From: an uncultured Selenomonadaceae bacterium
GTDB taxonomy: Bacteria > Bacillota > Negativicutes > Selenomonadales > Selenomonadaceae
Assembly (NCBI GenBank): GCA_905234505.1
Contig: CAJOIA010000005.1
Location: 1 to 53,326 of the forward strand
Reading direction: 5' to 3'
Length of the DNA: 53,326 nt
How positions within the stretch are numbered: the stretch's first letter is position 1; every line of letters starts with the position of its first letter. Of the stretch, positions 46,080 to 53,326 are shown one piece after another. Under the pieces are notes generated by a model. That model worked only from the letters and a program-made list of their open reading frames with translations. It was not told the DNA's origin and did no database searches. Both the position numbers and the translations under genes were made by a program.

Positions 46080-46817
46080 TTACCTCGCAATTTTTATATA
46101 TGGCGCAGTATAGCTAAAATCAGCGTATTCAACATTATTTGGGTTTTTATCCAAGTCGCGCAGAAAATTTTCTATCAAATGAACTTTTTCGTCAAGGCGC
46201 TCAAAATCTCCAATGCGAATTTGAACAGGATATTCAGTTGCCGTGTATGCAACAATGTAATCTTCCTTGATTATCGCCACTTCAGAAAGTTTATTCAGCG
46301 ACGCCGTGTTAAATTTATCCAGCAGATCTAAAATCTTTTTAACTAGTTCGTCGTCAACATCATCGCCAATATATTTATCCTGCACGCTTGCGCCGGTTAT
46401 CATCGGTATTTTCATTTCGCGCAGATTTTTATAGCTGTCGATAATTTTTCCGTTTTTGTCAAGGTCAAGATAGCCGTAATCACAGACAATAGTAGCAAGC
46501 GCCCGCCGCTCCTTAATTTTAATTTCAAGCGCATTTGGCACAATCCGTCGCACGGTGGCTTCTTCAATTCGCAAATCTTTTAACAGGCGACCTGTAACTG
46601 CGTCGGTTTCCAGCTGAAAGAGCGGCTCGCCAATATAGATATTGCCAATCTTTAAAACATCTTCGACAGTCAGCCTTTCCGCGCCGATTAATTTTATATG
46701 CGTCAAAGTAAAAATCGGCACGTAAACTAAAAAGCCGAGAATTACGCCGCATATTGCCAGAAAAACAAAGCCTTTGAAAAGCCGCCGTCCACTGCGCCGC
46801 CGTTTAACTTTAGCCAT
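46080..46817 (-). CDS. ftsQ: Cell division protein FtsQ/DivIB
   Basis: Basic N-terminus, one TM segment, and POTRA plus FtsQ domains. Confidence 0.8.
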   Translation of the reverse strand: MAKVKRRRSGRRLFKGFVFLAICGVILGFLVYVPIFTLTHIKLIGAERLTVEDVLKIGNIYIGEPLFQLETDAVTGRLLKDLRIEEATVRRIVPNALEIKIKERRALATIVCDYGYLDLDKNGKIIDSYKNLREMKIPMITGASVQDKYIGDDVDDELVKKILDLLDKFNTASLNKLSEVAIIKEDYIVAYTATEYPVQIRIGDFERLDEKVHLIENFLRDLDKNPNNVEYADFSYTAPYIKIAR

Positions 46818-46836
46818 TAAAAAACCTCCGGTTTTT

Positions 46837-46910
46837 TTAGTGATTAGTGATTAGGGGTTAGTGGCTAGTGATTTTTTTCTAGTCACTATTCACTATTCAC
46901 TATTCACTAA
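46837..46910. repeat. Heptad-periodic palindromic intercistronic element (archetype)
   Basis: Sequence: ttagtga ttagtga ttagggg ttagtgg ctagtga, loop tttttttc, then tagtcac tattcac tattcac tattcac taa. It lies between the murC-ddl stop (46913) and the ftsQ RBS. Confidence 0.85.
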
Positions 46911-46912
46911 AA

Positions 46913-49216
46913 TCAAAAGCCCGCCAGCGTCAAAATCTTTTCGCAAAGCTCCGGAAATTCAATGCCCGCCGCCCGCGCTGCATCTGGTACAAGAGAGGTT
47001 TCTGTCATTCCTGGCACTGAATTTATTTCAATAACGTAAGGAATATTTTCCGCCGACAACATCATATCCACACGAGCCACGCCTGCGCATTTGCAAATTT
47101 TAAACGCACTAATCGCCAATGCTTGAACTTTTTCGGTCAATTCATCGGAAATTTCAGCGGGACAAATATGAGTTGACGCGCCTTTTTTATACTTAGTTTC
47201 GTAATCGTAGCGTCCGGTCGTCGTGGTAATTTCAATAATCGGCAACGCCTTAGCTTTGTCTTCATTGCCGAAAACCGCTACCGTCAATTCTCGCCCGCTG
47301 ATAAATTCTTCAACTAAAATTTCGTCGCCGTACTTAAAACTATTTTCAATCGCCGCCTGAATATCCTCAGCATTTTCAACAATTTCAACGCCTATGCTCG
47401 AGCCCTGCGAAGGCGCTTTGATAACCACCGGCAAACCAAATTTTTCTTCAATAGTTTTAGCCAAATTTTTATCTTTGTCAACTGCGCGAAAAACTGCAAA
47501 TTTCGGCGTAGCAATTCCGGCAGAAGTTAAAACGCGCTTTGTCATAGTTTTATCCATAGTCAAAGCGGCGGCAAGCACATTTGAGCCGGTATAGGGAATT
47601 TTCAACATATCAAGCGTTCCTTGAAGTTGCCCATCTTCGCCGTAGAAACCATGAACTGCATTGAAAACGATACCGCAATTTGAAAGTTTAATGTCAGCCG
47701 CGAAAGTTTGAGGCTTCAATTCAAGCGGCTCGGCGTTATAATTTTTTGAAAGGAGCGCGTCCAAAATCGCCTTGCCAGTTCTGCGCGAAACTTCAGCTTC
47801 AGTGGAAGAGCCGCCCATTACCACGACAATTTTACAATTCTGCCGCTGCTTTTTCAAAAGTTCAATGAGTTCATCGGCAGTTTTATAAATATCGCCCGCA
47901 CCCATTGTTATAACTAAATCGCCAGGCGTCACATTGTCAAGCAGATACTCAGCAATTTTTTCGCGGTCGGGAATGTACGAAACCGCTTGATTAGTTGTCG
48001 CTAAAACTTGCTCTAAAATAGATTCGCCGCTAATTCCAGCAATTTTATCTTCACCAGCAGAATAAATATCAGTAAGCACAAGTAAATCAGCACCGGCAAA
48101 CGCTCCGCCAAATTCATTGAGCAAAAGTTGCGTGCGAGTGTACCTGTGCGGCTGAAATACGCAAATAATTCTTCGCGGATTAGTTTCACGCGCCGCCTTC
48201 AATGTTGCCGCAATTTCAGTCGGGTGATGTCCATAATCATCAACAATCCAAATATTTCTGACGTTGCCCTTAGTTTGAAAACGCCGCTTGGCTCCGTGAA
48301 ATTTGCTCAAACCATCGGCAATCTTCGCAAAATCAACGCCAATATTCATAGCCGTTGCAATAGTCGCCAGTGCGTTTAAAACGTTGTGCCGCCCGTGTAT
48401 TGCCAGTTGAACCCTGCCCAAAATCTTATCGCCGTGAATAACGTCAAAGCTAACGCCTTCAATGCTCGCCTGAATGTTTTTAGCAGTAAAATCGGCGTCA
48501 TTGTCAATCGCGTAGGAAATTATTTTTCGGTCAATTGTCGCAGCCATTTCGCGCAGATTTTCATTGTCAAAACAAAGCACAGCAACGCCGCTTTCAGGAT
48601 TAATATTCTCAATGAAAATTTTAAAAGCCTCGCGGATTCGCTGAACCGTGCCGTAATAATCCAGGTGATCGTCTTCAACATTCGTGACAACTGCAATAGA
48701 AGGCTTGAGCTTTATAAATGAGCCGTCGCTTTCGTCAGCTTCAGAAACAAGATAATCGCCTTTGCCCAAAATCGCACCTGTGCCTAAATCAACCGATTCG
48801 CCGCCAATTATAATTGTGGGGTCAACGCCCGCATTAAAAAGCACAAAGCCAATCATTGAGGTGGTTGTAGTTTTGCCATGCGCGCCAGCAACCGCGATAC
48901 CTTTTTTGGAATTCAAAAGCATAGCGTTAATATCGGAGCGGTGCAGTCTTGGAATTTTTAATTCAGCCGCTCTTAAAATTTCCGGATTATCATTATGAAT
49001 TGCTGAAGAACAAACAATCGCTTCAACGTCACCAATATTCGCGCAGTCGTGACCAATAAAAATTTTCGCGCCAAGATTTTTCAGCATTTGCACAGTTGCA
49101 GAATCAGCGCAGTCAGAGCCGGTAACTTCATAGCCGGATTCAATTAAAATTTTCGCAAGCGCACTCATACCCGCGCCGCCAATACCAACAAAGTGAAATT
49201 TTTTCAAATTCATCAT
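46913..49216 (-). CDS. murC-ddl: Fused UDP-N-acetylmuramate--L-alanine ligase / D-alanine--D-alanine ligase
   Basis: The N-terminal half is MurC (FHFVGIGGAGMSALA, GAHGKTTT). The C-terminal half is Ddl (KIVVVMGGSSTEAEVS...EINSVPGMTETSL). It is a single uninterrupted ORF. The start is taken at the ATG at 49216. Confidence 0.9.
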   Translation of the reverse strand: MMNLKKFHFVGIGGAGMSALAKILIESGYEVTGSDCADSATVQMLKNLGAKIFIGHDCANIGDVEAIVCSSAIHNDNPEILRAAELKIPRLHRSDINAMLLNSKKGIAVAGAHGKTTTTSMIGFVLFNAGVDPTIIIGGESVDLGTGAILGKGDYLVSEADESDGSFIKLKPSIAVVTNVEDDHLDYYGTVQRIREAFKIFIENINPESGVAVLCFDNENLREMAATIDRKIISYAIDNDADFTAKNIQASIEGVSFDVIHGDKILGRVQLAIHGRHNVLNALATIATAMNIGVDFAKIADGLSKFHGAKRRFQTKGNVRNIWIVDDYGHHPTEIAATLKAARETNPRRIICVFQPHRYTRTQLLLNEFGGAFAGADLLVLTDIYSAGEDKIAGISGESILEQVLATTNQAVSYIPDREKIAEYLLDNVTPGDLVITMGAGDIYKTADELIELLKKQRQNCKIVVVMGGSSTEAEVSRRTGKAILDALLSKNYNAEPLELKPQTFAADIKLSNCGIVFNAVHGFYGEDGQLQGTLDMLKIPYTGSNVLAAALTMDKTMTKRVLTSAGIATPKFAVFRAVDKDKNLAKTIEEKFGLPVVIKAPSQGSSIGVEIVENAEDIQAAIENSFKYGDEILVEEFISGRELTVAVFGNEDKAKALPIIEITTTTGRYDYETKYKKGASTHICPAEISDELTEKVQALAISAFKICKCAGVARVDMMLSAENIPYVIEINSVPGMTETSLVPDAARAAGIEFPELCEKILTLAGF

Positions 49217-49246
49217 ATCGCTAAACCTCAAAATATTTTCCTCCTT

Positions 49247-49296
49247 GTTATGTGATAATTGATATGTGCTTTTCACATATCACATTTCACTTTCAC
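49247..49296. repeat. Heptad hairpin element, GTGA/TCAC subfamily
   Basis: Sequence: gttatgtgataattgatatgtg, loop ctttt, then cacatatcacatttcactttcac. The lptF/G stop TGA (49293-49295) lies in the first unit on the transcribed strand. Confidence 0.7.
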
Positions 49297-50387
49297 CGCG
49301 AAGCCCGACGAATTAATATTGCTCCGAAAATCAGTCCAATTACATTTGGTATCCACACAGCATAAAACGGCGGTACAATCCCGCCGCGCGCCAATGCATT
49401 TGATAAAGTCATTACCGCATAATAAATAAAAATTATTATGACGCTGAACGCAAAACCCATTGAGGAAGAATTTCTCGTTGGTTGCAAACCAAGCGGAACG
49501 CCAATTAGCGCGAAAATCAAACTCGCCATTGGCACAGTTATTCGCTGATAAAGTTCAGTTTCCAACTTCGCCGTGTTGACGTATTGCGTCTTCATAATTT
49601 CAATTTGCGCTTGCAGTTCCTTCATTGTCAATTCTTCGGGGCGCTTCTGCTCACGAACAATTTGACGCGGGCTTGCTTTAACTGGCAAAACTTGAGTTGA
49701 AAAACGCATTGTCCGCGTTCTGTCGGCGTCCGAAATATCATAAATCGTGCCGTCGTGCATAATCCAAACGTCATCTTTCCATTCGGCGTAAGTTGCATTT
49801 TCAACGTGCGTAAGTCTGCCTTCGTCATCAAATTCTTGCATCGTCACTCCGGTTAAAGTTTCATTGCCCGCGTTAAATTCCCGCGCATAAACTAACCGCT
49901 GCAGTTTGTCACTTTGAATTTCTTTGACGATAATATGTTCCTGTGATTTAAGCTCGGTGTTGCCTTGAATTTCAAAATAAACTACGTTGTTATAAGAGGT
50001 ATTTGCCCAAGGGACAACGTGCTCATTAAATAAAATCGCGCAGATACTTACAATAAGCCCTAAAAAAATTGCAGGCGCGGCGATTCTTCCGAAACTTATC
50101 CCGCAAGATTTCATTGCAGTAATTTCGCTAGAACTCGACAGTCGCCCGAAAGTTAAAAGCGTTGCCAACAACATTGACATTGGAAAAGTCCACATTATTA
50201 TTGACGGCAAACCATACACGAAAATTTTTAGGACAGACGAAATTGACGCGCCATAATCGGTAATGTACTTTGCGATTCTGAATAAAGTTCCCGAGCCGAT
50301 AAATACCGCCGAAAATGCGCAAATTCCAAATATCGCCGCCATTACAACTTCGCGAAAAATATATAAATCTAAAATTCTGATGCGCAA
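49293..50387 (-). CDS. LPS export ABC permease, LptF/LptG (YjgP/YjgQ) family
   Basis: 364 aa with six TM segments and a periplasmic beta-jellyroll insert. Only one family member is present in this operon. Confidence 0.85.
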   Translation of the reverse strand: MRIRILDLYIFREVVMAAIFGICAFSAVFIGSGTLFRIAKYITDYGASISSVLKIFVYGLPSIIMWTFPMSMLLATLLTFGRLSSSSEITAMKSCGISFGRIAAPAIFLGLIVSICAILFNEHVVPWANTSYNNVVYFEIQGNTELKSQEHIIVKEIQSDKLQRLVYAREFNAGNETLTGVTMQEFDDEGRLTHVENATYAEWKDDVWIMHDGTIYDISDADRTRTMRFSTQVLPVKASPRQIVREQKRPEELTMKELQAQIEIMKTQYVNTAKLETELYQRITVPMASLIFALIGVPLGLQPTRNSSSMGFAFSVIIIFIYYAVMTLSNALARGGIVPPFYAVWIPNVIGLIFGAILIRRASR

Positions 50388-50418
50388 TAAAAGCCGCTCC
50401 CTATCAGAAAATTATTTT

Positions 50419-50628
50419 TTACCTGTCGAAAATCAAAACCGCCGATTTCAAAAAACAATTTTCAATGGTTTTGCTGTCAAGTTTAATATGGTCAACTGGC
50501 GAAACTGCCGAAGTCGAATAAGAAATATTTTTAAGTTTCAAGCCAGCCTCTGAATTTTCGTCAATGGCTTGCTGAATTTTTCTTTCAAGTTTTTCGTCAT
50601 TAAACGCGCTGCAAACTCTAACTTTCAT
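50419..50628 (-). CDS. Small Cse60-like protein
   Basis: 69 aa with a strong RBS (AGGGGGA). MKVRV...EKLERKIQQAIDE...ENCFLKSAVLIFDR resembles the Bacillus Cse60 pattern, by recollection only. Confidence 0.4.
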   Translation of the reverse strand: MKVRVCSAFNDEKLERKIQQAIDENSEAGLKLKNISYSTSAVSPVDHIKLDSKTIENCFLKSAVLIFDR

Positions 50629-50640
50629 AAAATTTCCCCC

Positions 50641-51360
50641 TTAAAGTTTAAAATTATCGCCAAGATAAAATTTTTTGGCAACAGGACTATCGGCAATTTC
50701 ATTCGCGCTGCCCTCAAGCAAAATTCTGCCCGCGTTCAAAATATACGCGCGGTCAACAATATTCAGCGTTTCGCGGACGTTATGGTCAGTTATCAAAATT
50801 CCCATTCCACGCTCGCGCAGATATTTAATAATCGTCTGAATATCAGCAACCGCCAGTGGGTCAACGCCAGCAAAAGGCTCGTCAAGTAAAATAAATTGCG
50901 GCTCTAATGCAAGACACCGCGCAATTTCTACGCGCCGCCGCTCGCCGCCCGAAAGTTCAGTACCCTTGCGCTCACGCACATGCATAATATTAAATTCTTT
51001 CAGCAAACCTTCAAGCCGCTGTTTTGCCGTGTCGCGCGAAATATCCAAAGTCTCCAATATCGCCATAATATTTTGCTCCACAGTCAGCTTGCGAAAAATT
51101 GACGCTTCTTGTGTAAGATAGCTTATGCCGAGTTCTGCGCGACGATACATGGGCAAATGAGAAATATTCACGTCCGACACAAAAACTTCGCCGGAATCAG
51201 GATGCTCTAAACCAACAATCATATAAAAAGAAGTGGTTTTGCCCGCGCCATTCGGACCGAGCAAGCCGACAATCTCACCTTTCTCAACGCGCAACGAAAC
51301 ATTATTGACAACCACGCGCTTTTTGAAAGCCTTAACTAAATTTCTAGCTTCGATATTCAT
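50641..51360 (-). CDS. lptB: LPS export ABC transporter ATPase LptB
   Basis: Contains [25 protein letters not shown] and [13 protein letters not shown]. The start is taken at MNIEARNL; the alternative is 51381. Confidence 0.9.
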   Translation of the reverse strand: MNIEARNLVKAFKKRVVVNNVSLRVEKGEIVGLLGPNGAGKTTSFYMIVGLEHPDSGEVFVSDVNISHLPMYRRAELGISYLTQEASIFRKLTVEQNIMAILETLDISRDTAKQRLEGLLKEFNIMHVRERKGTELSGGERRRVEIARCLALEPQFILLDEPFAGVDPLAVADIQTIIKYLRERGMGILITDHNVRETLNIVDRAYILNAGRILLEGSANEIADSPVAKKFYLGDNFKL

Positions 51361-51361
51361 A

Positions 51362-52258
51362 TCATTTTTTAAACGGCTCATTAGTCAAAAGTTCATGTGG
51401 CAGAGCTTGATTTTTCGGCGCAGTCATAGGCGCAGGATTATTTTTATCGTCAGTCAAATAAACAGTTAAGCGGTTGCCGCGCATAGTATTATTTTGCTGA
51501 ACTGCCCAAGCATTGCCGGTTAAAACAGCCTTGCCGTTTTCAGTAGCGTAATAATCAATGCGGTCGCCGCCAGCTTCCAATTCGCGCGGAGGATTCACAA
51601 TATGCACATTGCCAATACCAATATAATATTCGTCGTCAATCCAGCCTTCCATTTGGTCAGCAGTAAATTTGCCGTCGTTGTTGGTGAATAAGCCGCCGCC
51701 TGGAACTATGACATGCTTTTTTTCTTCGGGGTAATAATCAACGTGGTCGCCGGTGAAAGTTCGAGTATCGCCGCGCGGATTTCTTGCATCTGGCGGAACG
51801 GTTTGCACGCCGCGCACATTTCCATCAGCCTGCATATGCCCGCGCCCGTCATTACTCAAAGCGTCGCAGGTAATTCGTAAATCGCCGCGATTAACAATGA
51901 CATCACCAGTAAGATAAGCCTCTTGCGTATTTGTATTGTACGTAGCGCGCCCGCCGGTTGCTCTGTCAGCGCCGTATTTTAGCAAAACATTTCCGGTAGC
52001 CGTGACAACGCCGGTTTTCATATCGTAATCGACAGTATCAGCGTTGACTTCGGAAGGTATATCAGCGGCGGCGTTTTGCTGTTGCACGGAATGTTTGACT
52101 TCTACTTTGCCGGTTGCCTGCAAAATTTCAGTGTCCATGTCGTAATCAATTTCTTCAGCTTTGAGTTCGGAAAGTGAATCTTCTTTGCCCGCTGATAATG
52201 CCGTCGAACTTATTAAAAACGTCGCGCAGGTTGCCGCTAATAATTTTTTCCAATTCAT
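51362..52258 (-). CDS. lptA: OstA/LptA-family periplasmic protein (long, multi-repeat)
   Basis: Signal peptide plus repeated OstA-like beta-jellyroll segments. ATG at 52258 follows GGAGGG. Confidence 0.65.
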   Translation of the reverse strand: MNWKKLLAATCATFLISSTALSAGKEDSLSELKAEEIDYDMDTEILQATGKVEVKHSVQQQNAAADIPSEVNADTVDYDMKTGVVTATGNVLLKYGADRATGGRATYNTNTQEAYLTGDVIVNRGDLRITCDALSNDGRGHMQADGNVRGVQTVPPDARNPRGDTRTFTGDHVDYYPEEKKHVIVPGGGLFTNNDGKFTADQMEGWIDDEYYIGIGNVHIVNPPRELEAGGDRIDYYATENGKAVLTGNAWAVQQNNTMRGNRLTVYLTDDKNNPAPMTAPKNQALPHELLTNEPFKK

Positions 52259-52259
52259 A

Positions 52260-52820
52260 TTATTCGCCCTCCGAATCTTTGACGCCCTTAACAATTCGAG
52301 CGTTGCCTTTCAATTTAAAGTGCCTTAAGCCGTTCCAAGCCTCTGCAGTATTGCCGTAAGCCCGCATATCGTCTTTGAAAATTTTAACATCGCCCGTTGC
52401 AATTAAAATCTGGTCGGCACCAACAAAATCAAGTTCATTGCCGGTAAGTTTTGCGCCTTCGCTGTCAGTAACGACAACCTCGCCTTCAACGTGAATATCG
52501 CCGCTTTGATGATTGTAATTGCCTTTCTTTGCCGTTAGCTGAAAAAATCTGCCGCTCGGCTGATAAAATTTGCCGTCGAGATTTTCAAAAGTTGCATTTT
52601 GAGTTTCCACGTCGATAATCATTTTGCCTGCACTGAGCTCATAAAGTTTAACGCCGTTTTGTTCCTCGATAATTGTATTGCCTTCATATTCCATAATTTT
52701 GGGCGGCTCAATTTTTGTAATAGGCGGCGGCTCATCGGGCGTATTCATTACAACCCAAATCACAAGCCCGACGAACAGCACGCCGATTATTCCAAGTAGT
52801 ATTTTAACTTTGCTGTCCAT
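52260..52820 (-). CDS. lptC: LptC-like membrane-anchored protein
   Basis: N-terminal TM segment plus an OstA-like fold, upstream of lptA-lptB. ATG at 52820 follows AGGAGA. Confidence 0.6.
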   Translation of the reverse strand: MDSKVKILLGIIGVLFVGLVIWVVMNTPDEPPPITKIEPPKIMEYEGNTIIEEQNGVKLYELSAGKMIIDVETQNATFENLDGKFYQPSGRFFQLTAKKGNYNHQSGDIHVEGEVVVTDSEGAKLTGNELDFVGADQILIATGDVKIFKDDMRAYGNTAEAWNGLRHFKLKGNARIVKGVKDSEGE

Positions 52821-52832
52821 CCTATCTCCTTG

Positions 52833-52898
52833 TTTAGTGGTTAGTGATTGGTGGTTAGTGGTTGGTGTAAAAATCACTACCCACTATTCACTATTCAC
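52833..52898. repeat. Heptad-periodic palindromic intercistronic element
   Basis: Sequence: tttagtgg ttagtga ttggtgg ttagtgg ttggtg, loop taaaaa, then tcactac ccactat tcactat tcac. It contains the TAG stop (52891-52893) of the upstream acyltransferase gene. Confidence 0.8.
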
Positions 52899-53326
52899 TT
52901 TTCCCTCTCTTGACTTTGCGCATTTCGGGCGGCGTATTCCAGCGCTTTTGAAACCACAGCCACTGAGTAGGATTTTCGCGAATAACCTGCTCCAAAATCC
53001 GCGTCATTTTTTCGGTAAATCTGAACAAATCGCCGTCCGCGTCGCCGGTATCTTCAAAGTGCATAACTTCAAAAATTTTAACCAAGTGCCGCCCGTTCGG
53101 CTGACGAATTATAAACGCGGGCAAAACCGGCGAATTGAATTTTTTGGAAAAGACAGCCGGTCCCATTGGTGTTGACGCAATTTTACCAAGAAAATTTATA
53201 AATGCGCCGCCTGGTCCGCCATCTTGATCTGCAAGGAAACCTAAAATTTTGCCCTTCTTCAAAGCCCGTCCTGCTGATAATAATTCGCTCGTGCCGCGAT
53301 TGAATATTTCTACGTGAATTGTCGCC
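52891..53326 (-). CDS. Lipid A biosynthesis (LpxL/HtrB-like) acyltransferase, C-terminal part; 5' end lies beyond the window
   Basis: The ORF is open to the window edge. It contains FLADQDGGPGGAFINFLGKIASTPMGPAVFSKKF...NPTQWLWFQKRW, typical of the lauroyl/myristoyl acyltransferase family. Confidence 0.7.
   Translation of the reverse strand, partial: ATIHVEIFNRGTSELLSAGRALKKGKILGFLADQDGGPGGAFINFLGKIASTPMGPAVFSKKFNSPVLPAFIIRQPNGRHLVKIFEVMHFEDTGDADGDLFRFTEKMTRILEQVIRENPTQWLWFQKRWNTPPEMRKVKRGKSE

Overview
AT-rich 53.3-kb chromosomal window, mostly housekeeping genes. It combines Firmicute-type genes (ftsQ-DUF881-sbp-ftsZ, SpoVB-like flippase, Cse60-like protein, CsaB pyruvyl transferase) with an LPS block (lpxL-like, lptC, lptA, lptB, lptF/G). 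This suggests a flagellated diderm Firmicute, Negativicutes-like, by inference only. Gene blocks left to right: DUF262 gene (cut by the window edge), eamA, metK, zapA-pheST, U32 protein, flgB-flgC-fliE-fliF-fliG, SpoVB/MurJ-like flippase, GalT-like HIT protein, hemL, a cluster of small or unknown membrane proteins, cobS, mscS plus a mini NrdD-like protein, an accessory-looking patch (GNAT, flavodoxin, two secreted alpha/beta hydrolases, cyclophilin-like lipoprotein, Maa acetyltransferase), cheX, fliK-flgD, secA, FkbM methyltransferase, prfB, DUF2993-DUF5693-csaB, phoH-ybeY-era-DUF502-HNH-recO, then the dcw/lpt region. No tRNA, rRNA, CRISPR array, transposase or prophage was seen. The most unusual signals are non-genic. 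(1) A family of hairpin elements built from 7-nt units (core TAGTGA/GTGA against TCACTA/TCAC) has six copies. Five fill intercistronic gaps and abut or supply the upstream stop codon; one is inserted in frame inside era. (2) A mosaic structured repeat of about 160-175 nt has three copies, with compensatory changes in one hairpin and TCC(T) loops. (3) An unclassified RNA of about 200 nt has its own promoter, an intrinsic terminator, and GNRA and UNCG tetraloops. (4) A C10 tract sits at the 5' end of the FkbM methyltransferase gene. (5) metK and the SpoVB-like gene are frame-broken at A/T runs, which may be assembly error or recoding. prfB shows the classical +1 programmed frameshift. ORFs truncated by either window edge are missing from the supplied ORF track and were read by hand. 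All family assignments rest on motifs recognised by eye, not on database searches.
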